A DNA stretch of 10,158 bases from contig JABLTI010000098.1 in assembly GCA_013166835.1 (NCBI GenBank), forward strand, positions 1-10,158. Direction: 5' to 3'. Under the pieces are notes generated by a model. It saw nothing but the letters and a program-made list of their open reading frames with translations. It searched no databases and was not told the DNA's origin. Positions within the stretch are counted from its first letter, which is position 1; each line of letters opens with the position of its first letter. The position numbers and the translations under genes are program-made. This DNA is from Promethearchaeati archaeon (GTDB lineage Archaea; Asgardarchaeota; Heimdallarchaeia; JABLTI01). Positions 1 through 7,446 of the stretch are shown piece by piece.

Positions 1-1483
1 TTATTACTCTTTGAGCTATTAGTGTTAAACCTTTATCATCCGCTAATGTATGAGCAGCTATAAGAAGATTGGTTGCTTTCTTAATATCTAGTTCTAGTAA
101 AGCAAGTTGAGACTTTAATTGATAAATTTCAATTTGAAACATGTAATATTTCTTGGATTCTGCTTCTGCTTGTAGGTTATCTATTTGTTTATACACTTCT
201 TGAAGAACTTTATCATCTGCTGTTGATTGTAATTCTCTTAAACGAATTGTCAGAATATGGAATTGTGCTTTTATTTTTATCTCTTCATATATACCCTTAG
301 CTTTTATTAACTCTTCAAAAATCTCTATTCCTTTTATCCAATCACTCATACTTGAGCTAGCTTTTAACAGTAATGCAGATGCGAAAAGATATCGATATTC
401 ATCCCTTTGATAACCAGTTTCTTTTTTATGCTGATTCAATTCTTCAAGATATCTTTGAGCTTGATCAAGTTTTCCTTTTTCAATATATAACTCAATAAGA
501 TTGCTTAAGATATATGGTAGGAATCTTTTATCATCTTCTTCTTTACTAAATTCATAAGCTTTCAAATAGGCTTCTTCTGCTTTATCAAGATCATATTTCC
601 AGAAATAACATATTCCAAGATTTGCATAACCTGCATACTGTATTCGATCCAACTCAAGAGTTTTAGTAAAACACTCAATTGCTTCGTCTAGTTTCATTAA
701 TCTTCTATAAGTTAGTCCCATGTCATGGTAAATCTGTAATTGCAAAATCTTATTATTTAATTCCTTTAGTAATTCAATTGCTTTTTGAAAAGACTCAATC
801 GCTTTAGTGTATTCTTTGTTTGTATTACTTATTGATGCTTTCATTCCGTGAATTATTGCCAATTCGAATTTATTACCAATATTTTCAGCTTTTGCAATAA
901 TTTCTTCAAATAAATCTGCTCCTCCTTTAATTTCACCAAAAAAACGACTGAAAGTAACATCATAGTATTCACTGCGAAATTTAGTTAAGGGATCACTACT
1001 TTCTTTTCCGATTCTTTTAGATTCTAATACTAGTTCCTTAAAATTTTCATAATCACCCTGTTGAAACAGGGACCAACCTTTAATATTCATTAGTAAGTAA
1101 TTCTCTTTTGTTACATCTTGTTTGGTTTGTTTACTATAATTCTTTATTAGCATTAATCCTTCATCGCATGGGGAAATAAGTTCCTTCCACTTTCCTTGAA
1201 AATAGTAAATCTGTATTTTATTCAATAATGTATTTACATAAATTAGGACATTTTCTAATCCTTTGCTTTCCTTCAAAACTTTTTTGATTATCTGTAAAGC
1301 TTTTTCCACTTCTCCTAAATAAACGTATATTTCACATTTTTGATTCAAAAGATTCAATTCATCTTCTTTTAGTAATTCCTTAGCCTTCAGGTTCTTATCA
1401 ATGATACCTAGTGCTTCTTGGAAATTACCATGATAGATTTGTTTATTTATCTCCTCAATTTGCTTCTTAATAGATGAAGACAT
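1..1483 (-). CDS. Tetratricopeptide-repeat (TPR/alpha-solenoid) protein, 3'-partial (runs off window), paralogue of 1535..3220
   Basis: Not in the ORF track. Manual translation from ATG at 1483 (MSSSIKKQIEEINKQIYHGNFQEALGII...) stays open for ~494 codons to the window edge. GGAGGG SD-like sequence lies just upstream. TPR-like motifs are present (YHDMGLTYRRLMKLDEAIECFTKTLEL; YANLGICYFWKYDLDKAEEAYLKAYE). The segment IRLRELQSTAD...IYQLKSQLALLELDIKKA aligns with IRLKELQVTAD...IYRLKSQLALVELNAKKA of the neighbour. Confidence 0.9.
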   Translation of the reverse strand, partial: MSSSIKKQIEEINKQIYHGNFQEALGIIDKNLKAKELLKEDELNLLNQKCEIYVYLGEVEKALQIIKKVLKESKGLENVLIYVNTLLNKIQIYYFQGKWKELISPCDEGLMLIKNYSKQTKQDVTKENYLLMNIKGWSLFQQGDYENFKELVLESKRIGKESSDPLTKFRSEYYDVTFSRFFGEIKGGADLFEEIIAKAENIGNKFELAIIHGMKASISNTNKEYTKAIESFQKAIELLKELNNKILQLQIYHDMGLTYRRLMKLDEAIECFTKTLELDRIQYAGYANLGICYFWKYDLDKAEEAYLKAYEFSKEEDDKRFLPYILSNLIELYIEKGKLDQAQRYLEELNQHKKETGYQRDEYRYLFASALLLKASSSMSDWIKGIEIFEELIKAKGIYEEIKIKAQFHILTIRLRELQSTADDKVLQEVYKQIDNLQAEAESKKYYMFQIEIYQLKSQLALLELDIKKATNLLIAAHTLADDKGLTLIAQRVI

Positions 1484-1534
1484 TCTTACACCCTCCAACT
1501 TCTATTATGATTTCTACATCAAATAGATTTCTCT

Positions 1535-3220
1535 CTAAATCTTTAAAGCGAAAAGCTTCCGGTACTCGATGACATCGCCGGTTCGTTCATCTTGTACTTC
1601 TATGACTGTTTCTTTAGCTAATTGTTTCACGCTATTATCCAGATGAACTTCTTTTAAAGTCTCTTGGATAGGAGCTTTTTGCTCTTTCAAGCGATTCCAC
1701 ATGTTCTGTTGCTGTTCTAGTTTTGCTTGTTCCTCTTTTATATTAGCAGCAATAGATTGTAAGCTTCTTTCTTCTGCAATTGTTTTTGCAGTTATTAATA
1801 ATTCAACGGCTTTCTTAGCATTCAATTCTACCAGTGCTAGTTGTGATTTTAATCGATAGATGTTGGCAAGTAAGCTAAATTGCTTTGTGTCTTCTGCATA
1901 TGTCTGTATTGTTTCAATTTGGTTTTTGACTTCAGTCAAAATTTCTTGATCAGCAGTTACTTGCAGTTCTTTTAAGCGAATCTCTACTATGTGGTAAAGA
2001 GCATCAACTTGAGACCCCTTTTTTAGTTTTCCAGAAGCTATCAGCTCTTCAAGAATCTCAACTGCTTTAAACCAATCTTGCATTCGAGTACTTTCCTTAA
2101 GAATAAGAACTTCTGCAAGTTTATAATTATGAGTTATTTGATCAAAATCTGATTCCTTGCTTAGATCTTTTAGTTCCTGCAAGTATTTCTTCGCTTGATC
2201 TTCTTTCTTAAGTAGTAATGAGGATAAAACAAGGTGATAAAGAAGACCTGGTTGCAATCGAAGATGTCCTGTTTTCTTACTATCTTTTAGACCTAATAAG
2301 AAATTATCATATGCTTTTTCTACTTCATTTTTCAATAAATAAATAGCTCCAATGTTTATGTATGAAACAGCTTTACTTGATGTTGTATGTTCCAAAGCTA
2401 ATTCATTATATTCTAGAGCTTTGTCTAATTTATATTGTCTAGCATAAATAAGCGCGGAATGCAAATAAAATCCGTAAAGTAATATTATTCCTCCCGTTCT
2501 AAGAGAATAATCAATACCCTTCTGGTGATATTCTAATGCTACATCGAATTTTCTAACTTGTTGCTTAACAGTAGCAAAAGTAAAGCAAGAATAAATGAAA
2601 AATAAGTGTTCCCCAAGGGGTTCTAAGATTCCCATTCCTTCATCAACATATTCTTCACCTTTTAATATGTCACCAACAATCGTGGTCATTTGACCCTTAA
2701 GATTTAAAGCAAAACCAATTAAGTAATCAAACTTAGTTTTAAATGCAAATTCATGTAAATCATCAAACAATTTCATTCCTAGAGGAAAATTACCAAATTC
2801 AAGCTCTAAAGTTGCTAAATTTAGCAATAGTAGTACCTTTGTTTTCCCTATTTGATTGAGGTCAAATTTCTCATCGTTTACCAGATATTCTAAACCTTTT
2901 TTCGTTATCTCATAACACTCTTTGAATTTACCTAAATTATATAATATTATAGATTTCACCATGTAAGCATCTGCTTTCAGAATATCGTTATCGATTTTTT
3001 CACTTTCTTTAAGAACTTTATCAGCAAGTTTCTGGCTTTTAGAGAATTCAGCTTTAAAACTTAGTATTTCACCTTGTAAGACAATGATCCGAAGTTCGAC
3101 TTCCTTTGCTAGATTATCTTTCTTTAGCAGGTCCTTTGTTTTTGTCAAGGCTTTCTTGAGTTCAGCTTTTAAAATGAGTGTTTTTACTTCTGATATTTCT
3201 TTCTCCACATCAAAAGACAA
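1535..3220 (-). CDS. Tetratricopeptide-repeat (TPR/alpha-solenoid) protein, ~561 aa
   Basis: ORF track gives 578 aa from 3271. TPR-like helices are present (YLHSALIYARQYKLDKALEYNELALE; YINIGAIYLLKNEVEKAYDNFLLGL) with a C-terminal coiled coil. The start is more likely TTG at 3220 (MSFDVEKEISEVKTLI), which aligns without gaps to the paralogue's MSSSIKKQIEEINKQI and is preceded by TGGGTTG. Confidence 0.88.
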   Translation of the reverse strand: MSFDVEKEISEVKTLILKAELKKALTKTKDLLKKDNLAKEVELRIIVLQGEILSFKAEFSKSQKLADKVLKESEKIDNDILKADAYMVKSIILYNLGKFKECYEITKKGLEYLVNDEKFDLNQIGKTKVLLLLNLATLELEFGNFPLGMKLFDDLHEFAFKTKFDYLIGFALNLKGQMTTIVGDILKGEEYVDEGMGILEPLGEHLFFIYSCFTFATVKQQVRKFDVALEYHQKGIDYSLRTGGIILLYGFYLHSALIYARQYKLDKALEYNELALEHTTSSKAVSYINIGAIYLLKNEVEKAYDNFLLGLKDSKKTGHLRLQPGLLYHLVLSSLLLKKEDQAKKYLQELKDLSKESDFDQITHNYKLAEVLILKESTRMQDWFKAVEILEELIASGKLKKGSQVDALYHIVEIRLKELQVTADQEILTEVKNQIETIQTYAEDTKQFSLLANIYRLKSQLALVELNAKKAVELLITAKTIAEERSLQSIAANIKEEQAKLEQQQNMWNRLKEQKAPIQETLKEVHLDNSVKQLAKETVIEVQDERTGDVIEYRKLFALKI

Positions 3221-3251
3221 AATAACAACCCAATATATTAATTGAAATGAT

Positions 3252-3293
3252 AGGATAAATCTTTTTCTCAAAAAAAATCTAAAGATTTATCCT
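3252..3293. repeat. Perfect 13-bp inverted repeat (AGGATAAATCTTT / AAAGATTTATCCT) with a 16-nt spacer containing A8 (T8 on the minus strand); possible terminator, operator or promoter
   Basis: 3252-3264 is the exact reverse complement of 3281-3293. It lies 15 nt downstream of the last AKR stop and ~30 nt upstream of the proposed TPR start. The function is inferred. Confidence 0.7.
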
Positions 3294-3308
3294 TAATTCC
3301 TGTAATTT

Positions 3309-4274
3309 TCAACTATTTTTCAATGCTTCTTCGATTTTTTCAATAATATCTTTGTTTAAAGTAATTTCACAAGCTTGAGCATTAGAAATAACATGTTCTG
3401 GCTTTGACGCACCCATAAGAGAAGAGCTTATTTCTGGTAATCTTAATGTCCATGCAATGGCTATTTGACTTATTGGTATCTCAAATTCCTTTGCTATAGG
3501 TATCAATTTGTTTACTCTTTTTCGATATTTTTCCATTATATCTTCATTGTAATCATTATCTATACTTGCTCGTGATCCCTTTGGAATTCCTTTAAGATAC
3601 TTATCTGTTATCAATCCCGTTGCTAATGCTTCAAATGTAACCAATCCTAATCCATGATATTTAGCTACTGCTAGAAGGTCTTTCTCTATAAATCTAGCAT
3701 ACATGTGATAAGGTGGTTGTTCTACATGTGGAGGATGAGCTCCAAGATTCTTAGCTATCCATATTGCTCTTTCCACCATCGTTGGTGGCCACCAGCTAGT
3801 TCCCCAATGATGGATTGTACCTTCTTCTATCAAGTCACTCATTGTTAAGATGGTTTCTTCTAGTGGAGTATCTCTATCCGATCGATGACAATAATATATG
3901 TCAATATAGTCTGTTTGCAACAACCTCAACGATCGTTTGACAGCTTCATGAATGTGTTTTCGACTTAATCCTCCACTGTTTGGGCTTTCCCTCATTTTAT
4001 GGAATACTTTCGTGCTAATAACTAAATCATCTCGACTTTGTCCTTGCAGGAATTCCCCAAGATACTCTTCTGCAGGTGTTCGTTCCTCCATTGGTAATTC
4101 AGAATCATAGATTCCGTATCTATCCGCACAGTCAATATAGTTGATTCCTTGGTTCAGTGCTTCCTGCAAAAGGCTAAAGGATTGTTTCTTGCCATAATAC
4201 GAACCATGATACATTGTTCCAATACTTACTTCTGATACTTTTAGTCCTTGTTTTCCTAAATTTCGATACTTCAT
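3309..4274 (-). CDS. Aldo-keto reductase, Kv-beta (AKR6)/YajO-like
   Basis: Starts MKYRNLGKQGLKVSEVSIG. AKR tetrad present: D/Y (DCADRYG), K (STKV), H (YYCHR). Contains GGLSRKHI and GASKPEHV. SD-like GGTGAGG overlaps the stop codon of the upstream gene. Confidence 0.95.
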   Translation of the reverse strand: MKYRNLGKQGLKVSEVSIGTMYHGSYYGKKQSFSLLQEALNQGINYIDCADRYGIYDSELPMEERTPAEEYLGEFLQGQSRDDLVISTKVFHKMRESPNSGGLSRKHIHEAVKRSLRLLQTDYIDIYYCHRSDRDTPLEETILTMSDLIEEGTIHHWGTSWWPPTMVERAIWIAKNLGAHPPHVEQPPYHMYARFIEKDLLAVAKYHGLGLVTFEALATGLITDKYLKGIPKGSRASIDNDYNEDIMEKYRKRVNKLIPIAKEFEIPISQIAIAWTLRLPEISSSLMGASKPEHVISNAQACEITLNKDIIEKIEEALKNS

Positions 4275-4284
4275 TTTTCTTTCC

Positions 4285-5268
4285 TCACCTGTAGCTAGAT
4301 CTTGGTTTATTTTGTAGAACCTCTTCGATTTTCTCGAGAGTTTCTTGTGAGAATTCTATTCCACTTGCTCCAGCATTGGATTTCACGTGTTCCGGTTTAG
4401 AAGCACCAATTATGATGGAACTTATTTCTGGTTTCTGAAGTGTCCAAGCAATTGCGAATTGATTCAAAGGTATCTCGAGGGATTCAGCTAAAGGAACTAG
4501 TTCGGATACTTTATCACCAAACTGCTCAAGCATACCAGCTTGATAATTACTCACAGCAGCTCGACTAGTTTTTGGAACTTTCTCAAGATATTTCCCTGTA
4601 AGCACTCCACCAGCAAGTGGTTGATAGGCAATTAATCCTAAACCATGAAAAGTTGCTAGTTCTAAAATATCAATCTCAATGTAACGCTCGAGTAAATGAT
4701 ACTTTGGTTGTTCAACATAAGGTGGATACATACCAAGATTCTTAGCTAACCCAATTGCTCGTTCAATGAGAGTTGCAGGCCACCGACTTGTCCCCCAGTA
4801 ATGTATTATTCCTTCATCAATTAGATTGGTCATTACGGAGATAGTTTCCTCCAGAGGAGTTGATTTGTCAGGTCGATGACAATAATAGATGTCAAGATAA
4901 TCCGTTTGTAATTGTTTCAAGGAATCTTGTATTCCTTCTCTGATGTGTTTCCTACTCAACCCTCCACTATTCACACTTTCTCGCATTTTAGTGTAAACTT
5001 TGCTACTAATTACAAAGTCTTCTCGAGAATAATCCTTTAGAAATTCTCCAACTATTACTTCTGCTCTTACTCGCTTCTCAGAATCCATCTTTGTATCATC
5101 GATTAGTCCATACAAATCAGCATTATCAATATGGTTTATTCCTTGATTATGTGCTTCTTCTAAACACTTTAGAGCATTCTCTTTCTTTACTTTTGAACCA
5201 TGGTACATCGTTCCGATACTGATTTCCGAAACTTTCACACCATGTTTTCCTACATTTCTATATTTCAT
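4285..5268 (-). CDS. Aldo-keto reductase, Kv-beta (AKR6)-like
   Basis: Tetrad motifs DNADLYG, SSKV, YYCHRPD. Contains GLSRKHIREG, TPLEET, YWGTSRW, EQPKYH and PLAGGVLTGKY. GGAGGA SD-like sequence lies just upstream of the ATG. Confidence 0.95.
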   Translation of the reverse strand: MKYRNVGKHGVKVSEISIGTMYHGSKVKKENALKCLEEAHNQGINHIDNADLYGLIDDTKMDSEKRVRAEVIVGEFLKDYSREDFVISSKVYTKMRESVNSGGLSRKHIREGIQDSLKQLQTDYLDIYYCHRPDKSTPLEETISVMTNLIDEGIIHYWGTSRWPATLIERAIGLAKNLGMYPPYVEQPKYHLLERYIEIDILELATFHGLGLIAYQPLAGGVLTGKYLEKVPKTSRAAVSNYQAGMLEQFGDKVSELVPLAESLEIPLNQFAIAWTLQKPEISSIIIGASKPEHVKSNAGASGIEFSQETLEKIEEVLQNKPRSSYR

Positions 5269-5283
5269 GTAATTCCTCCAAAT

Positions 5284-6297
5284 TCAATACGCTTTACTCA
5301 TATCCATTTGTAATTCTGAAAAGATTTCATCAACTTGCTTCACATGTTTATTTGAAAGCGGTCCTAATTCCATTGCTTTCGCATTGTCTTCTACTTGCTT
5401 AACTGTCTTAAAGCCAGGGATTGGGACTACTCGTTCATGCTTTGCTAAAAGATAACATAAAGCAACTTGAGCTAACGATCTACCGTCATTTGCGAATAAT
5501 TCTTTTAAGGCATCAACAGCTTTGAATGTTTTTGCATATCCTTCGCTGCTGAAATCCATTCTTTGCAAATAATGATCTTTCGATGCTTTACTCTTTTCAT
5601 TATATTTCCCAAGCAGAACACCCATACCAAGTGGTGTTCTAATTAATCCTCCAAGATTGAATTCATCAAGTAATTCTAACATTGGCTTGTTTTCTCGAGT
5701 AAAATTAAGTGTGAATTGTATGGATGAACAATTCTTACTATCAGCAAATTCCTTTGCTCGAACAGTTGAATCTGTACTCCAACCAAATGTGCGGATTAAT
5801 CCTTCTTCAACTAATTCTTCTAAAACCTCTCGCACACCTGGTGCTTCCTCAATTTTCATCGAAGACCAGTGTAATTGATAAATGTCTATGTAATCTGTTT
5901 GTAGTCGGTTGAGACTTTCTTGACAGGTCTTCCTGATATACTCTGGTGTAATGTTCTTATCACCAGTTGACTGACAAGGACATTTTGGATCTCCAGAATT
6001 CATGTCCCAAACCGAGCTAAACTTTGTAGCTATTACCACTTCTTCTCTTCTGCCTTTAATTGCTTCTCCGAGAAGTTTTTCGCTTTTTCCGCACCCATAA
6101 ACATCCGAAGTATCGAACAAGTTAATTCCTAAATCTAATCCTCTCTTAATAGCTTCAATCCCAGTTTTTTCATCTACATGCCCATGTGACCACGGTTCTC
6201 CTTTGTGATAGAAAAGACCTCCCAACGGGAAGCAACCTAAACCAATGGTACTTGCTTTGATATTTGATTTTCCTAAATTTCGTTTCATTTTCATCAT
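5284..6297 (-). CDS. Aldo-keto reductase (AKR11/IolS-YhdN-like)
   Basis: Motifs DTSDVYG, ATKF, SLNRLQTDYIDIYQLHW, PIPGFK. ATGA overlap with the upstream AKR at 6294-6297; alternative in-frame ATGs at 6294 and 6288. Confidence 0.95.
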   Translation of the reverse strand: MMKMKRNLGKSNIKASTIGLGCFPLGGLFYHKGEPWSHGHVDEKTGIEAIKRGLDLGINLFDTSDVYGCGKSEKLLGEAIKGRREEVVIATKFSSVWDMNSGDPKCPCQSTGDKNITPEYIRKTCQESLNRLQTDYIDIYQLHWSSMKIEEAPGVREVLEELVEEGLIRTFGWSTDSTVRAKEFADSKNCSSIQFTLNFTRENKPMLELLDEFNLGGLIRTPLGMGVLLGKYNEKSKASKDHYLQRMDFSSEGYAKTFKAVDALKELFANDGRSLAQVALCYLLAKHERVVPIPGFKTVKQVEDNAKAMELGPLSNKHVKQVDEIFSELQMDMSKAY

Positions 6298-7304
6298 CCT
6301 TCAACTTGTGATTGATCCATGTGCACCTCAGAAAACAACTTATCGATTTGTGAAACGAGTTTATTTGATAGGGGACCTAACTCAATAACCTTAGAGTTTT
6401 CTTCTGCTTGCTTCACAGTCTTAAAACCAGGAATTGGAATTAATCGATCATGTTTTGCTAGTATGTATCCTAGCGATGTTTGAACTAGTGTTCTCCCATC
6501 ATTAACTGCAAGCTCTCGTAACTCTTCTAAAACAACTCTTGTTTGTCCTATTCTTCCTTCTGTAAAGTCTCTCCCATGCCAATTGTGATCTCTAGGAACT
6601 GTAGAGTCATCCTTGTATTTCCCTGATAGTAATCCACCGCTCAATGGATTCTTTATGAGACCAAAACCATTATTTTCATCCAAAAATTTCAGCATCTCAT
6701 TATTACTATGAATTATGTTCAGTCGAAATTGCGTCCCAGCAAAGTGTTTACCATGTGCTAGCATTGCTCCTCGATCAGGATGATCTGTACTCCAACCGTA
6801 GTATCTTATCTTTCCTTCACTGACTAGTTCTTCTAAGGTAGCAACAACTTCTACTGCTACTTCTGAAGTCATATTTCCGGAATGAACTTGATAGAAGTCA
6901 ATATAGTCAGTTTGCAGATTCTGTAAACTGGTTTCACATGCTTTTCGAATGCCGTTAGGAGTGTGATCTCTTCCAATTAATCGCATAGGAACTTCCGGAT
7001 CACCGGAATCGAAATCCCAAACAGTTCCAAATTTGGTAGCAATGACAAAATCCTCTCTTCTACCCTTCAAAGCTTTACCAAGGACTTTCTCACTTCTTCC
7101 TCCACCATAATTATTGGCTGTATCAAAGAGATTTACTCCTAGTTCTATTCCTCGTTCTAATGCCTGAATTGATTCATCATCCTTTACTTGACCATAAGAG
7201 ATAATTTTTCCGCCTCTATGATAGAACGGCCCTCCTATTGCCCAACAACCCATTCCTATCGAATTAACTTTCAGTTTTGTTTTTCCTAATGTTCTTTCTT
7301 TCAT
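6294..7304 (-). CDS. Aldo-keto reductase (AKR11/IolS-YhdN-like), ~336 aa
   Basis: Motifs GMGCWAIGG, DTANNYG, ATKF, YQVH, PIPGFK. Start placed at ATG 7304 (MKERTLGKT, a typical AKR N-terminus, with GGTG SD-like sequence upstream) rather than the track start 7343, which lies inside the palindrome array. Confidence 0.95.
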   Translation of the reverse strand: MKERTLGKTKLKVNSIGMGCWAIGGPFYHRGGKIISYGQVKDDESIQALERGIELGVNLFDTANNYGGGRSEKVLGKALKGRREDFVIATKFGTVWDFDSGDPEVPMRLIGRDHTPNGIRKACETSLQNLQTDYIDFYQVHSGNMTSEVAVEVVATLEELVSEGKIRYYGWSTDHPDRGAMLAHGKHFAGTQFRLNIIHSNNEMLKFLDENNGFGLIKNPLSGGLLSGKYKDDSTVPRDHNWHGRDFTEGRIGQTRVVLEELRELAVNDGRTLVQTSLGYILAKHDRLIPIPGFKTVKQAEENSKVIELGPLSNKLVSQIDKLFSEVHMDQSQVEG

Positions 7305-7318
7305 TTTTAAAACACCGT

Positions 7319-7388
7319 ATTGTTCAAAATGTATTTGAACCATTCAATCCCTAGTTGAATGGTACCATTCAAGTAACTATTGAATGGT
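7319..7388. promoter_or_regulatory. Array of three palindromic operator-like sites, core TTCAA-N7-TTGAA
   Basis: Site A: ATTGTTCAA-AATGTAT-TTGAACCAT (7319-7343). Site B: ACCATTCAA-TCCCTAG-TTGAATGGT (7339-7363). Site C: ACCATTCAA-GTAACTA-TTGAATGGT (7364-7388). The array lies between divergent AKR and wHTH regulator genes. Confidence 0.8.
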
Positions 7389-7409
7389 CGAAACTTATAT
7401 ATATTTCGA
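7388..7409. promoter_or_regulatory. Symmetric BRE-TATA-BRE element, putative bidirectional archaeal promoter
   Basis: Sequence TCGAAA-CTTATATATA-TTTCGA. A CGAAA BRE-like motif precedes a TATA-like box on both strands (plus: CGAAAC TTATATA; minus: CGAAA TATATATAAG). A second TTATAAAT at 7416-7423 could drive a leaderless regulator transcript. Confidence 0.6.
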
Positions 7410-7446
7410 TTAGAATTATAAATCCAGCAATACAGAAGGCGTGTCC

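Noticed and set aside
3221-3271. Track N-terminal extension MRKRFILSFQLIYWVVI, which looks like a signal peptide
   Set aside because: It starts at a TTG in the T8 tract inside the inverted repeat, and paralogue alignment supports a start at 3220. It is probably not translated.
3279-3311. UGA read-through or selenocysteine at the end of the last AKR, given the nearby hairpin
   Set aside because: Read-through would add only KLQELRINL, which does not resemble the paralogue's tail. The stop is at the normal end of the fold.
5657-5912. Two short plus-strand ORFs (73 aa and 62 aa)
   Set aside because: They are antisense shadows inside a well-supported AKR gene and have no recognisable motifs.
7305-7343. 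Track N-terminal extension of the first AKR (MVQIHFEQYGVLK)
   Set aside because: It overlaps operator A. ATG 7304 has an SD-like GGTG and matches the N-termini of the other AKRs.
7319-7388. Palindrome array as a mini-CRISPR, TIGR-like guide array or eukaryotic heat-shock element
   Set aside because: The spacers are only 7 nt, there are only three units with uneven period, and no cas or Nop-domain gene is present. GAA/TTC spacing does not fit nGAAnnTTCn. The position in a divergent promoter favours operators.
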